Shown: positions 10,872-22,221, numbered from the stretch's first letter. The stretch is DNA of 55,999 nucleotides from an uncultured Gemmatimonadaceae bacterium (GCA_963822945.1 CAWGJO010000031.1:1-55999), one strand, 5' to 3'. The notes: generated from the letters alone by a model not told the origin. Numbers and translations: made by a program.

Positions 10872-11036
10872 CCGTTACCGCGACGAACCCCGCACACCCG
10901 CTATTGCCGCTCGCGGCTGGAGGTGAAGAGCGGAACCTTCGTTCGGGCGTCGTGACTCATACTCTGATAGTATCGAGGCCCGGCACCTTCGTCCAGCGGC
11001 AGTGCGGCTCTAAACGTTTCGGCTAGACTTCGGTTC

Positions 11037-11870
11037 ATGATCCGGCTCGAGCCCCACGGCGACGTAACCCGCCTGCGCATGAGCACCTGGCGCAGCCGGG
11101 CCATCGACTACGAGGTGAGCGCCTACTTCGCTCACGGGACGCTCATCGATTGCGGGTTCCCCGACGCGGCCCGCGAGCTCGAACCGGTGCTCCGGCAGTT
11201 GCGGCCGGCCGGCGCCGTCATCACCCACGCGCACGAAGACCACGCCGGCAACGTCGCGCTGCTCGCCCGCCTCGACATTCCCCTCTGGATGTCCGCCGAT
11301 ACCCTGGCCGAACTGCGGGCCGGCCACCACATCCGCGCCTACCGGCGCTTCACCTGGGGACGCCCGCGCGCGTTCACCGGCGCGGTGGAACCCTTCGACC
11401 CGCGGCCGCTGCGGATCATCTCCACGCCGGGCCACTGCCCCGACCATCACATCGTCTGGGACGCCGAGCGCGGCACGCTCTACTCCGCGGACCTCTGGCT
11501 CGGCGTGCACGTCAAGGTGATGCACGTGGAGGAGGATCCCCGGCAATTGCTGCGCGATCTCCACGCAGCCGCCGCGCTCCAGCCGGAGCGGATGTTCGAC
11601 GCCCACCGCGGGCCGGTGCGCGATCCGGTGCGCGCGCTCGAAGCCAAGGCAGAATGGCTGGCCGGAATCATCGACGTCATCGAACGCCGCGTGCGCGAGG
11701 GCTGGGACGACCGCCTGATCGTACGGGCCGTGCTCGGTGGCGAGGAACGAACCGGGTTCGCCTCGCGCGGCGAGTACGCGCGCGCTAACCTGGTGCGGAA
11801 CGTCCGCGCGACGATGACCGGCGCGGCGGCCTCCACCGCCGCGCCGCTGCCCACGCCCCATTCCCCATGA
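11037..11870 (+). CDS. metallo-beta-lactamase fold hydrolase
   Basis: THAHEDHAG and TPGHCPDH. Confidence 0.85.
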   Translation: MIRLEPHGDVTRLRMSTWRSRAIDYEVSAYFAHGTLIDCGFPDAARELEPVLRQLRPAGAVITHAHEDHAGNVALLARLDIPLWMSADTLAELRAGHHIRAYRRFTWGRPRAFTGAVEPFDPRPLRIISTPGHCPDHHIVWDAERGTLYSADLWLGVHVKVMHVEEDPRQLLRDLHAAAALQPERMFDAHRGPVRDPVRALEAKAEWLAGIIDVIERRVREGWDDRLIVRAVLGGEERTGFASRGEYARANLVRNVRATMTGAAASTAAPLPTPHSP

Positions 11871-12901
11871 ACCCCCTGCTCGTTGCCATCGTCGTGCTGC
11901 TCACCGCCGCCCTGGGGCTGCTGGTGGCGCTCCTGGTGCGCACGCGACCCGCCAACGGCGCGGCGGTGGAACAGCGCATCGCCGAACTGCAACGCGGACT
12001 CGACCGCGCCGACCAGGTGGTGCGCGAGGAGATGGGCCGCAACCGCGAGGAGACCGCCGCCTCGCTGGCCCGCGTGACGCAGGCGCTCGATCAGAGGCTG
12101 GCGCAGGTGCAGCGCGGACTGGGCGAGATGCAGACACTCGCCGAGGGAGTAGGCGACCTCAAGCGCGTGCTCACCAACGTGAAGACGCGCGGCGTGCTCG
12201 GCGAATGGCAGCTCCAGGCGCTGCTCGAGCAGCTGCTCACCCCCGACCAGTTCGCGCGCAACGTCAAGCCGAACCCGCTGCGTGACGCGATCGTCGAGTT
12301 CGCCATCCGCATCCCCGCGCAGGGCGCCAACGGCCACGGCATGTGGCTGCCGGTGGACAGCAAGTATCCGGCGGAGGACTACGCCCGGTTGTTCGAAGCC
12401 CAGGAGCGCGCCGACGCGCCCGCCGTCGCCGCCGCGCAGAAAGCGCTCGGCAACGCGGTGCGGCGCTCGGCCGATGACATCCGCGCCAAGTACATCGACC
12501 CGCCCAACACCACCGACTACGCGATTCTCTTCCTGCCGTCGGAGGGACTGTTCGCCGAGGTCGTCCGGCTGCCGGGGCTCGTGGAGGCGCTGAGCGCCGA
12601 GTGCCGGGTGATGATCGCCGGCCCCACCACCTTCGCCACGCTGCTCAACTGCCTGCAGATGGGGTTCCGGTCCATGGCGCTCGCCGAGCGCTCGGAAGAG
12701 GTGTGGCGCCTGCTCGGCGCCGTGCGCGCCGAGTTCGGGAAGTTCGGTGAGAGCGTGTCGTCGGCGCAGAAGAAGCTCGGCCTGGCCGCGGACGCCGTGG
12801 AGCAGATCGCCGTGCGCGCCCGCGCCATGGACCGGAAGCTGCGCGACGTGGAACAGCTTCCCGCCGGCGAGGAATCGGAGCCGCCGCTGCTCGCGCCCTG
12901 A
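11867..12901 (+). CDS. rmuC: DNA recombination protein RmuC
   Basis: N-terminal TM helix, coiled coil, KTRGVLGE, PVDSKYP, TTDYAILFLPSEGLF and GPTTF. Confidence 0.9.
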   Translation: MNPLLVAIVVLLTAALGLLVALLVRTRPANGAAVEQRIAELQRGLDRADQVVREEMGRNREETAASLARVTQALDQRLAQVQRGLGEMQTLAEGVGDLKRVLTNVKTRGVLGEWQLQALLEQLLTPDQFARNVKPNPLRDAIVEFAIRIPAQGANGHGMWLPVDSKYPAEDYARLFEAQERADAPAVAAAQKALGNAVRRSADDIRAKYIDPPNTTDYAILFLPSEGLFAEVVRLPGLVEALSAECRVMIAGPTTFATLLNCLQMGFRSMALAERSEEVWRLLGAVRAEFGKFGESVSSAQKKLGLAADAVEQIAVRARAMDRKLRDVEQLPAGEESEPPLLAP

Positions 12902-12935
12902 CCCGAGAGCCCGGCGCGAGCGCGACGGTCGCCGG

Positions 12936-14192
12936 TCAGCCCCCGCTCTTCTCGAACTCGCGGATCAACCGCTTCATCATCGCGCCGCGCTTGTCGTACA
13001 GCCGCTTCAGCGGACGCTTCTCGTGCTTGGCGTGCGCGTACGACGTGAGCACCGGCAGCGCCACCGTCGAGTCCAGATAGCACACCACCGCGTCGGGCAG
13101 CCGGTCGGGATCGATCTTCCCCCAACTCACCGCCTCGGCCGGCGTGGCGCCCGACAGGCCGCCCGTATCGGGGCGCGCGTCGGTGATCTGCAGGAAGTAG
13201 TCGTGCCCCTTCTCGTCGATGCCCAGCACTTCCTGGATCTGCGGCTCCGTCTGCAGCATGAAGTTCTTGGGACTGCCGCCGCCGCAGATGAACACGCCCG
13301 ACTTGCCGCCGCTGCGCTTGGCGTTCAGCACGATGGACGCCGTCTCGTTCACGTCGAGGTTGGGATCGATCACGCACTTGTTCCCCTCGAGCGCCAGCGC
13401 CGCCACGTTCATGCCGATGGACGAGTCGCCGGGCGACGAGGTGTAGATGGGCACGCCCGCGGCGTACGCCGCCGAGAGCAGCGACTTCTGCCCGATGCCC
13501 AGCGCCTTCTCGCGCTCGCGCACGTACTTGCCGCACAGATAGTGGAACTCGGCGCTCGACATCGCGTGCTGGAATTCCTTCCCCTGAATGATCTTGCGGA
13601 AGAAGGCGTCGGTACTGAGCAGGACGTCGTAGTCGAAGAAGATGTCGTAGATGCGCACCACGCCCTCTTCGCGCAGCACCACGTCGCTCTCCTGCGCGTT
13701 GCCCCGGTGCATCATGAGGCCGAGGCCGAAGTGCGTGTCGTGGTACAGATTGGCGCCCGTGGAGATGATCCAGTCCACGAATCCCGACTCGATGAGCGGG
13801 ATGATGGCCGACATGCCGATGCCCGCCGGCGTGAGGGCGCCGGTGAGCGTGAGCCCAACGGTGACGTCCTTGTCGAGCATCTTGGTGGTGAACAACTGGC
13901 ACGCCTCGCGCAGCCGGGCGGCGTTGTAGGCCAGGAAGGTGCCCTCGACGAGATCGACGACGGTCTCGCGGCCGTCGATGCGGCGTGGATCGATCCGGCC
14001 GCCGCGCAGGAAGCGGCTCTTCTCGGCGCTGGTGTGGCGGGCGCCCGCCGCCTCGCGCTGCTCGGCGGCCTTCTTCTGCGCCGCCTTGGGGCCCGCCGCC
14101 GATGCGCGCTCGCCCGTACCGTGGCGCGACGCCTTGAACCCGCCGCGCTCGCGCCCCGTCGTCTTCGTTGTCGTCCCCTTCTTCTTGGCCAT
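12936..14192 (-). CDS. deoxyhypusine synthase-like protein (probable homospermidine synthase)
   Basis: [18 protein letters not shown] and [16 protein letters not shown]. Confidence 0.85.
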   Translation of the reverse strand: MAKKKGTTTKTTGRERGGFKASRHGTGERASAAGPKAAQKKAAEQREAAGARHTSAEKSRFLRGGRIDPRRIDGRETVVDLVEGTFLAYNAARLREACQLFTTKMLDKDVTVGLTLTGALTPAGIGMSAIIPLIESGFVDWIISTGANLYHDTHFGLGLMMHRGNAQESDVVLREEGVVRIYDIFFDYDVLLSTDAFFRKIIQGKEFQHAMSSAEFHYLCGKYVREREKALGIGQKSLLSAAYAAGVPIYTSSPGDSSIGMNVAALALEGNKCVIDPNLDVNETASIVLNAKRSGGKSGVFICGGGSPKNFMLQTEPQIQEVLGIDEKGHDYFLQITDARPDTGGLSGATPAEAVSWGKIDPDRLPDAVVCYLDSTVALPVLTSYAHAKHEKRPLKRLYDKRGAMMKRLIREFEKSGG

Positions 14193-14196
14193 GCCG

Positions 14197-15138
14197 TCAG
14201 CTCCGCCCTTCTTCTTTGAGTTTCTGGTGGTTCAGGCTCTGCTGGGCCTGGATGACCACGCTCGCCGCTTCCGCGGGATCGTCGGTCACGATCATCAGAT
14301 CCATGTCGCCCGGCGAGATCTTGCCCTCGGTGAGCACGCGCGTCTGCAGCCAGCGGATGAAGCCCGCCCAGTAGTGGCGTCCGAAAAAGACGACCGGAAA
14401 CTGGTAGATCTTGCCGGTCTGGATGAGCGTCAGCGCTTCGAACGCTTCGTCGAGCGTGCCGAAGCCGCCCGGGAAGATAATGAACGCGTCGGAGTATTTG
14501 ATGAACATCGTCTTCCGGACGAAGAAGTACCGGAAGTTGATGAGCGTATCGATGTACGGGTTGGCGCCCTGCTCGAACGGCAGCTCGATGTTGCAGCCGA
14601 TGGAGAGGCCGCCGCCGAGCTTGGCACCGTGGTTGGCGGCTTCCATGATGCCCGGGCCGCCGCCGGTGATGATGGCGAAGCCCGCTTCGGCCAGCAGCCG
14701 CGCCGTTTCCTTGGCGGCCTCGTACTGCGGCTCGTTGGGGTGCGTGCGGGCCGAGCCGAAGATCGTCACGCCCTTGGCCACGTGGGCCAGCGAGTCGAAG
14801 CCCTCGATGAACTCGCCCATGATGCGCATCACGCGCCAGGGATCGGTGCGGGTGAAGTCCGCTGGATCGGTGTGCCGTTGGAGGAGCTTCTGGTCCTCGG
14901 TCATGATGACGTCGCGAATCGCGTCGTCCACCGGCCGCGTCTTGACGCGCGAGGGCGGCTTGCGGCCGGCCGCAATGTGACCGGCTTCGGTGCGCTCGCG
15001 GTACCCCTCGCGCGCATCGCGCGCCGCGCTCTGCATCAACTCCAGGTCGGCCCGCTTGCCCGACGCGGTCTTCGGCGGCCGCGGCGGCCGAGGGCCCCGC
15101 TTGCGAGCGGGAGGGCCGCTTCGCTTGAATGCTGACAT
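14197..15138 (-). CDS. LOG family (TIGR00730) nucleotide phosphoribohydrolase
   Basis: [25 protein letters not shown] and PGGFGTLDE. Confidence 0.9.
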   Translation of the reverse strand: MSAFKRSGPPARKRGPRPPRPPKTASGKRADLELMQSAARDAREGYRERTEAGHIAAGRKPPSRVKTRPVDDAIRDVIMTEDQKLLQRHTDPADFTRTDPWRVMRIMGEFIEGFDSLAHVAKGVTIFGSARTHPNEPQYEAAKETARLLAEAGFAIITGGGPGIMEAANHGAKLGGGLSIGCNIELPFEQGANPYIDTLINFRYFFVRKTMFIKYSDAFIIFPGGFGTLDEAFEALTLIQTGKIYQFPVVFFGRHYWAGFIRWLQTRVLTEGKISPGDMDLMIVTDDPAEAASVVIQAQQSLNHQKLKEEGRS

Positions 15139-15328
15139 ACCACGGATCTCGGCGTAAAAGGAAACGCGCGCTCGCGGCGCGCGCGTAGGGAGTTTACGCC
15201 AAGGCCCGCGTGCCGCGCCAGCGAGCGGGTTGCCCCGGGCGCGCTCCCGCGCTTGCTTTGCTTCCCATGCCCCCTCAGGTCACGCACGCCGTCCCCCCCG
15301 GCTCGACGCCGGGGCACCCGTCGCATTG

Positions 15329-16736
15329 ATGTCAGTCGTCGTCCTGCTCGCCGACGGCGTGCGTCCCGACACGCTCGCCGCCGCCATCGATTCCGGAGCT
15401 CTGCCCGCCCTCGCGCGCCTGCGCGCGGAGGGAGCCATGCATGCGGTGAGCACCGTATTTCCGTCGGTCACCGGCCCGGCCTATGCGCCCTTTCTCATGG
15501 GGCGCTTTCCGGGACCCGTCGGGCTGCCGGGGCTCCGCTGGTTCGACCGCGATCGCAGCGCCTGTTCCTTTCCCGACTATACCCGCAGCTACGTCGGGTA
15601 TCAGATGCGGGCCGTGGACCGCGACATCGCCGCCGACGCGCCCACCATCTTCGAGTTGGCGCCGTCGAGCCTGGCCGCGCTGAGCGTCATCACACGCGGC
15701 CTGCCGCCGCGACAAGCGCATCGGCAGCATCACGTTCAAGTCCGCCGTCCGCGCCGCGCGCACACACTTTGCCGGCAACGTGGCCGGGTGGCTCGACATC
15801 GACCGCGAGGTGGCCGACGAGGTCGTGCGCCGCGTGGCCGGCGAGCGGCCGGCGTACACCTACGCGGCGTTCACCGGTGTGGACAAGGTGTCGCACGCGC
15901 GCGGCCACACGCACCCGATGGTCACCGACGCGCTGCGGATCGTGGACGACGCGGCGGCCCGCATCCGGGCCGACGCCGAGCGCGACGGCCGGTGGCAGGA
16001 CATGCATCTGTGGATCGTGAGCGACCACGGGCACTCGCCGGTGAAGCAGCACGAGGATCTGGCCGGGCTGCTCACGGTGCACGGCCACCGCGTGGTGGCG
16101 CATCCGTGGGTGTTCGTGCCGGCGCCGCAGACGGCGGTGATGGTGAGCGGAAACGCCATGGCGCACCTGTTCCTGGAGGTGCGCCGCCAGGGGCGACCCT
16201 GGTGGCCGGCGCTCGGCCCGCGTTGGGAGGGACTCGTCACGCTGCTCCTGTCCCGTCCATCGGTGGACCTCGTGCTGCTGCCGCTGGACAACGAGCGGTG
16301 CGAGGTGCGGACGCGGCGCGGCGAGGTGGGCATCGTCTCGCGCGTGGGGGGCTTCTACTCGTACTTCCCCGCCGTTGGCGATCCGCTCGGCGTGGGGCAG
16401 GCACTGCAGGGGGTGTGCGCCGACGAGGCGCACGATGCCACCGCCGCCACGGACTACCCCGACTCGATCGTCCAGATCGCCCACCTGGCGGCGTCGCCGA
16501 GGGCGGGAGACATCATTCTCTCGGCGTCGCGCGACTGGGACCTCCGGGCGCGGTACGAGCCCATTCCGCACGTGAGTTCGCACGGGGCGCTGCACCGGGA
16601 GCACATGATGGTGCCCCTGCTGGTGAACCGTCCGCCGGCGCGCGTGCCGCGGCGCACCACCGACGTGATGCCGAGCAGCCTGGCGGCATTGGGGCTTCCG
16701 ATTCCGGCATCGCTGGACGGCGCCTCGTTCCTGTAG
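15329..16736 (+). CDS. alkaline phosphatase superfamily / nucleotide pyrophosphatase (frameshift near 15715)
   Basis: ADGVRPD and FPSVTGPA in one frame; DKVSH, SDHG and SHGAL in ORF 15780..16736. Confidence 0.8.
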
Positions 16737-16745
16737 ATTGCCGCC

Positions 16746-16994
16746 ATGGGTTGGACCCGGCTCTCCCTCCAGTTGGCGCTGCGGTCGGTGGCGAACCCCG
16801 CCACCGGCGTCGCGTTGCTCCGTGTCGCGTGGCGCTTTCGCCGGCGCGGGTGGTATCGGCGCATCCCCTTCCTGCCGCTCCCGGCGCGCGAGTACGTGCG
16901 CTGGCGGATGTACACCGCGTACGGCAGCTACGACTTCGTGCCGCCGGCGGCCGACGTGGTGCGCTACGCGCGGTGGGCCGTGCGCGAGTCGTGA
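16746..16994 (+). CDS. small hypothetical protein
   Basis: 82-aa ORF filling the gap; its stop overlaps the queG start (GTGA). Confidence 0.6.
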   Translation: MGWTRLSLQLALRSVANPATGVALLRVAWRFRRRGWYRRIPFLPLPAREYVRWRMYTAYGSYDFVPPAADVVRYARWAVRES

Positions 16995-17947
16995 GGCCCG
17001 CGATCGAGGAGCGCATCAAGGCGCACGCCTACGCCCTCGGGTTCGACCTGGCGGGCATCGCGACGCTGGGGCCGGCCGAGACGTTCGATGCGTTCCAGCG
17101 TTGGCTCGACGCCGGGTACGACGGCGAGATGGCGTATCTGAAGCGCGGCGCCGGGAAGCGGAGTGATACGCGGCTGCCGGTGAGCGGCGCGCGGTCGGCA
17201 GTCGTGGTTGCGCTCGATTACGGTGGAAAGGCGCCCGACGGGCCGGTGGCGCGGTACGCCCGCGGCGACGACTACCACGACGTGATGATCGAGCGGCTGA
17301 ACGAACTGCACCGGCTGGTGGAGCGCGAGACGGGGCACGACGTGCCGGGCAAGGCGTACGTGGACACCGGTCCGATACTCGAACGCGACCTGGCGCGGAA
17401 GGCGGGGCTCGGCTGGTTCGGGAAGAACACGAACTTGATCAATCCCAAGCTCGGGTCGTACTTCTTTCTCGGGGAGCTGCTCCTGGATCTGGAGCTGGCG
17501 CCCGATGCGCCATTCGACACCGAGCATTGCGGGAGTTGCCGGGCGTGCCTGGATGCCTGTCCCACGCAGGCGTTCGTGGAGCCGGGGGTGCTCGATGCGA
17601 CCAGGTGCATCTCGTATCTGACCATCGAGTTGAAGGGCGAGATCCCGGCCGAGTTCCACGAGGCCATCGCAAGCGGCGGGCATCTATATGGATGCGATGT
17701 GTGTGAGGAGGTGTGCCCCTGGAACGTGAAGTTCGCGCGGGCGGTGCGGGAGCCGAGGTTCGAGGCGCGGAAAGCAATTGGCAGCAAAGCCGCGCCCAGA
17801 CTCGCCGCGGAGATTCTGGCGATGGATGACGAGGCGTTCCGCGCCGGCTTCAGAGGCTCGGCGATGAAGCGGGCCAAGCGGGCAGGTCTGGAACGGAACG
17901 CGCGGGCCGTGTTGCAGAACGTGCCGCCGTCGGCGCAAACGAAGTAG
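16991..17947 (+). CDS. queG: tRNA epoxyqueuosine(34) reductase
   Basis: ARYARGDDYH, YVDTGPILER, GWFGKN, CGSCRACLDACPT, CISYLTIE and GCDVCEEVCPWN. Confidence 0.95.
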   Translation: MRPAIEERIKAHAYALGFDLAGIATLGPAETFDAFQRWLDAGYDGEMAYLKRGAGKRSDTRLPVSGARSAVVVALDYGGKAPDGPVARYARGDDYHDVMIERLNELHRLVERETGHDVPGKAYVDTGPILERDLARKAGLGWFGKNTNLINPKLGSYFFLGELLLDLELAPDAPFDTEHCGSCRACLDACPTQAFVEPGVLDATRCISYLTIELKGEIPAEFHEAIASGGHLYGCDVCEEVCPWNVKFARAVREPRFEARKAIGSKAAPRLAAEILAMDDEAFRAGFRGSAMKRAKRAGLERNARAVLQNVPPSAQTK

Positions 17948-17998
17948 CGCTCGAGCACCGTACTTCCGCCGGATCGGCCGCCACACGATCATTGGCGC

Positions 17999-18694
17999 AT
18001 GCCCAAACGCACCATGCTGGTGATCGACGACGAGCCGCAGATCCGGCGGGTGGTGCGCAACGCGCTCGCCTCCGACGAATCGCGCGTCATCGACGCGGCC
18101 ACCGGCGCCCAGGGACTCGACCTGGCGGCCGCGGAGCAGCCGGACCTCATCGTGCTGGACCTCGGACTCCCCGACCTGTCCGGCGCCGACGTGTGCCGCT
18201 CCCTCCGGACCTGGACCAACGTGCCCATTCTGGTTCTCTCGGCGCGGCATTCCGACACCGAGAAGGCGATGCTCCTCGACGCCGGCGCCGACGACTACGT
18301 CACCAAGCCGTTCAGCACCGTCGAACTGCAGGCCCGCGTGCGCGCCCTCATTCGCCGACACGTGAGGAGCGAGTCGCCGGAGCGGGAGACCACGTTCTCG
18401 GCGGGCGACATCACCATCGACTACGTCGCGAGAACCGTGACCCTTCGCGGCCGCGAGGTGCACCTCACGCCAATCGAATGGGAACTGTTGCGCGTCCTCA
18501 CGAGCCATGCGAACCGGACGCTGACCCACCAACAACTCTTCGACGAGGTCTGGCACGGCCGGTCGTACGGCGATGCGCAGGCGTACCTGCGCGTGCACGT
18601 GGCGCACCTGCGGCGCAAGCTGGAGGCGGACGCCGTGCGACCCCGCCACATCCGGACCGAAGCGGGCGTGGGCTACCGGTTCGTGACGGACTGA
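17999..18694 (+). CDS. KdpE-like OmpR-family response regulator
   Basis: VIDDEPQIRR, LDLGLPD, GADDYVTKPF, LTPIE and GVGYRF. Confidence 0.9.
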   Translation: MPKRTMLVIDDEPQIRRVVRNALASDESRVIDAATGAQGLDLAAAEQPDLIVLDLGLPDLSGADVCRSLRTWTNVPILVLSARHSDTEKAMLLDAGADDYVTKPFSTVELQARVRALIRRHVRSESPERETTFSAGDITIDYVARTVTLRGREVHLTPIEWELLRVLTSHANRTLTHQQLFDEVWHGRSYGDAQAYLRVHVAHLRRKLEADAVRPRHIRTEAGVGYRFVTD

Positions 18695-18696
18695 CC

Positions 18697-19794
18697 GTGA
18701 CCCGCGTACCGTCGCGCCTCCTCCCACTCGCCGGTTGGACCGTCGCCCTTGCCGCGTGCGCGGCCGCCATGGTCGCGATCCGGCCGCGGCTCGGCAGCGC
18801 CCACGTGGCGCTGCTGCTCCTGGTGATCGTGCTCTTCGGGTCGGCCGCGCACGGCCGCACGGTCGGCCTCTGGCTGGCGACCCTCTCCTTTCTCGTCTTC
18901 GACGTCCTGTTCATTCCCCCGTACGGCACACTCGCCGTGCGCGATCCGTTCGATTGGATCGTACTCGTGGTGTTCCTGGCCACGAGCGTGGTCGCCGCTC
19001 AACTCCTGGCCCGGGCGCAGGCCCAGGCCCTGGCCGCGGAATCCCGCGCCGCGGAAGTCGACCGGCTGAGCGCGGAGCGCGTGCGGCTGATCGCCGAAGC
19101 CCAACATGCCGAAGCGCTCCGCGAAGCCGACCGCCTCAAGGACGCCCTGCTGGCCTCCGTCTCGCACGACCTCCGCACCCCGCTCACCACGATCAAGGCC
19201 CTTGCTCACGATCTCGGCCAGCTGGGAGACGAGCGGGCCGAGATCATCGAGCACGAGGCCGACCGGCTGAACCGCGTCGTCACCGACCTGCTGGAGCTGT
19301 CGCGGCTCAATGCCGGCGCGCTGGCGCTCCGCGTGGAGGTGAACGCGGTGGACGATCTGTTCGGCTCTCTGCTGCAACAGGTGGAGCCCGCCCTGCCGGA
19401 TCGTCATTTCGACGTGCGACTCCCAATCGACGATCCCGTGCTCGTGGGACGCTTCGATCTCGCGCACACGCTGCGGATCCTGGTGAATCTGGTGGAGAAC
19501 GCCGCGAAGTATTCGCCGCCGGACTCACCCATCGAGATTGCCGCGTCCCGCGATGGCGCGGCGCTGCGCCTCGACGTGTCCGATCGCGGCCCGGGCATCC
19601 CGGCCGCGGAGGCCGACCGGGTGTTCGAGCCGTTCTATCGCCCCACCGGATCGCCGCCGGACATCGGCGGCGCGGGGCTGGGCCTCTCCATCGCGCGGCG
19701 CCTTGCCGAAGCCCAACAGGGACGGCTCACGTACCGCCCGCGTCCCGGGGGCGGCAGCGTCTTCACTCTGTCACTGCCCGCCGCCCAACTGTAG
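18697..19794 (+). CDS. KdpD-like sensor histidine kinase (4-TM DUF4118 + HisKA + HATPase)
   Basis: Four TM helices with FIPPYGTL; SVSHDLRTPLT, NLVENAAKYS and GLGLSI. Confidence 0.85.
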   Translation: MTRVPSRLLPLAGWTVALAACAAAMVAIRPRLGSAHVALLLLVIVLFGSAAHGRTVGLWLATLSFLVFDVLFIPPYGTLAVRDPFDWIVLVVFLATSVVAAQLLARAQAQALAAESRAAEVDRLSAERVRLIAEAQHAEALREADRLKDALLASVSHDLRTPLTTIKALAHDLGQLGDERAEIIEHEADRLNRVVTDLLELSRLNAGALALRVEVNAVDDLFGSLLQQVEPALPDRHFDVRLPIDDPVLVGRFDLAHTLRILVNLVENAAKYSPPDSPIEIAASRDGAALRLDVSDRGPGIPAAEADRVFEPFYRPTGSPPDIGGAGLGLSIARRLAEAQQGRLTYRPRPGGGSVFTLSLPAAQL

Positions 19795-19868
19795 CGCGCG
19801 GCCCCGGCCAGCGCCTTGAGCCGTTGTGATTTCTTACCGCGGCCGGCACCGGCGTTCACGCGGTCTTC

Positions 19869-20324
19869 ATGCCCGCGGGCGTACCTTGCGCCCACGAGAC
19901 GCCCATGTCGACCACCACCGGTATCGCCCACGTTGATGCGTATCTCTGCGCACTCGAGCGTCTCTCGCCCGCCGACTGGCTGGTGATCGGGCGGGTGGAA
20001 GGGGCACTGAGCGGCACGGCGCCGGCGCTGGCAACGGCCGAGCTCCTCGCCGGCGCCATCGTCGTGGATCGGCGGCTGGAGGTCGTCCGGTGGCAGGCGG
20101 TGGACGCGGTGGACACCTGCGCGGCGCTCGCCGCTCCCGCGCGCGCGCCGAAACCCGGCCCGCTCCTTCCGCTCGCCAGGCACGCCGCGCGCCGCGCCGC
20201 CGTGGCGATGCTCGTGCGGGACTTCCTGCCGGACCGCGATTTCCGCCGGTTGTGCGCGTCCGTGTTCAGTGTGCTGGGGCCGTGTCCTCCAGCGCCACCG
20301 CGGCACCCCGCTCCTCGGGGCTGA
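19869..20324 (+). CDS. hypothetical protein
   Basis: Compact 151-aa ORF with plausible composition; start may be 19905. Confidence 0.5.
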   Translation: MPAGVPCAHETPMSTTTGIAHVDAYLCALERLSPADWLVIGRVEGALSGTAPALATAELLAGAIVVDRRLEVVRWQAVDAVDTCAALAAPARAPKPGPLLPLARHAARRAAVAMLVRDFLPDRDFRRLCASVFSVLGPCPPAPPRHPAPRG

Positions 20325-22221
20325 GGTCGTACTCCATCAGGTCGCGCAGGCGGTACGCATGGCCCAACAGATACGGCACTGCCACCACCACCACGTTGGG
20401 TTTGAACATGAAGGCGGTACGGATGTACAGCGCCGTCTTGTTGTGCAGAAAGTGCTCCCACCAGCGCTTGGGCACGATTTCCGGCACCACCACGGTCACC
20501 AGTTCTCCGGGCGAGAGCATGCGGAGCGCATCCACGTAGTCGACGATGGGCCGGATCACTGACCGATACGGCGAGGGCAGGACCACGAGTGGGACATCGA
20601 TGTCCCACTCCTTCCACCGCTGCTCGAGCCGCGCGGCGTGCTCGGGGTCGGTGCCGGCGCACACCGCCACCACCTCGTCGGAGATCGTCGTCGCGTATAC
20701 GAGCGCGCCGGCCACCGCCTTGGTGATGCCGTTCACGGGGACGACCACCGTATGATGCAGCGGCAGGATGGGACTCTGTCCCTCGAACCGGATGTCCCGG
20801 GCGAACTCGCCGTAATGCCGGTGAATCTTGACCAGCGTCAGGATGATCATGGGAATGATGACCACGATGATCCATCCGCCCTCCGTGAATTTCGTCACCA
20901 CCTGGACGATGGCCACCAGAGCGGTGGCCACCGCGCCCAGCCCATTGAGCGCCGCGCGGCGGCGCCACCCCGCGGTGCGCACCTGGCGCCAGTGCCGCAC
21001 CATCCCGCCCTGCGACAGCGTGAAGCACACGAAGACACCCATCGCATACAGGGGAATCAACCGGGAGGTGTCGCCGCGGAAGGCGATGACGAGCGCAATC
21101 GCCACACCGCCGAGCGCGAGGATCCCGTTGGAGAAGGCCAGCCGATCGCCGCGGGCCGCGAACTGCCGCGGCATGTAGCCGTCGCGGGCGAGGATGCTGG
21201 ACAGACGCGGGAAATCGGCGAAGGCGGTGTTGGCTGCCAGCACGAGCAGCGCGAACGTCGAATACTGCAGCAGGTAGTAGGCGATCGATGTCCCGAACAT
21301 GCGGTGGCCGAGCTGCGAGAGCACCGTCTGCGCCGCGGTGGGCATCACGCCGAAGTGATGCGCCAGGTACGACGTCCCGATGAAGAACGTCGCGAGGATG
21401 GTGACCATCCACATGAGCGTTGCCGCGGCATTGCGCGGCGCCGGCTGGCGGAACGCCTGCACCCCGTTGGAGATCGCCTCCGTTCCCGTGGCGGCGACGC
21501 ACCCTTCGGCGAAGCCCCGCAGCAGCAGGTAGGCAAAGGCGAACCCGGTGACGGGTTGCATGGCGTGCTGGCGGACGGACACCGGATCGACTTTGAGCGG
21601 GGCGGAAACGGGAGCGCCGACGTGTCCGAGCAGCGCGTGGACGAGGCCGGTGCCGAGCAACGCCAGCATCATGACGATGAACACATAGGTCGGGACGCTG
21701 AACGCGGCGCCCGACTCCCGCACTCCGCGGAGGTTCACGAGCGTGAGCACCACGACGGAGAGCACGCAGATGGCGACCGTATGCGGTTGCAGATCCGGGT
21801 ATGCGGAGGTGATCGCCGCCACGCCGCCGGAGATCGACACGGCGACCGTGAGGATGTAGTCGGTGAGCAGCGCGGCCGCCGCGACCAGGCCGGCCCCGAT
21901 GCCCAGATTCTCCCTGGCCACGGTGTACGACCCGCCGCCATTGGGGTACGCGAAGATCGTCTGGCGATACGAGAGGCCGATGAGCGCGATCAGGCCGACG
22001 ATGACGGCCGAGATCGGGACGACGTAGTTCAGCGCGGCGGCGCCCAGCGCGCCCCCGACTACGAACAGGAACTGGTCGGTAGCGTAGGCGACCGACGAGA
22101 TGGCGTCGGACGACAGGACGGCCAGCGCGGTCTTCTTGGTGAGCCGCTCATGCTCCAGGCGTTCGCTCGGGAGCGGGCGGCCGAACAGCAGCGTCTTGAA
22201 ACGGCGGTACGGCGTCGGCAT
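20266..22221 (-). CDS. APC-superfamily permease, KimA-like potassium transporter
   Basis: SSDAISSVAYA, YPNGGGSYTV, TGTEAISNGV, NTAFADFPRL and LHNKTA. Confidence 0.85.
   Translation of the reverse strand: MPTPYRRFKTLLFGRPLPSERLEHERLTKKTALAVLSSDAISSVAYATDQFLFVVGGALGAAALNYVVPISAVIVGLIALIGLSYRQTIFAYPNGGGSYTVARENLGIGAGLVAAAALLTDYILTVAVSISGGVAAITSAYPDLQPHTVAICVLSVVVLTLVNLRGVRESGAAFSVPTYVFIVMMLALLGTGLVHALLGHVGAPVSAPLKVDPVSVRQHAMQPVTGFAFAYLLLRGFAEGCVAATGTEAISNGVQAFRQPAPRNAAATLMWMVTILATFFIGTSYLAHHFGVMPTAAQTVLSQLGHRMFGTSIAYYLLQYSTFALLVLAANTAFADFPRLSSILARDGYMPRQFAARGDRLAFSNGILALGGVAIALVIAFRGDTSRLIPLYAMGVFVCFTLSQGGMVRHWRQVRTAGWRRRAALNGLGAVATALVAIVQVVTKFTEGGWIIVVIIPMIILTLVKIHRHYGEFARDIRFEGQSPILPLHHTVVVPVNGITKAVAGALVYATTISDEVVAVCAGTDPEHAARLEQRWKEWDIDVPLVVLPSPYRSVIRPIVDYVDALRMLSPGELVTVVVPEIVPKRWWEHFLHNKTALYIRTAFMFKPNVVVVAVPYLLGHAYRLRDLMEYDLSPEERGAAVALEDTAPAH

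Noticed and set aside
15230..17947. A 905-aa phosphatase-QueG fusion
   Set aside because: It results from the frameshift near 15715; the phosphatase ends at 16736 in another frame and a separate small gene intervenes.
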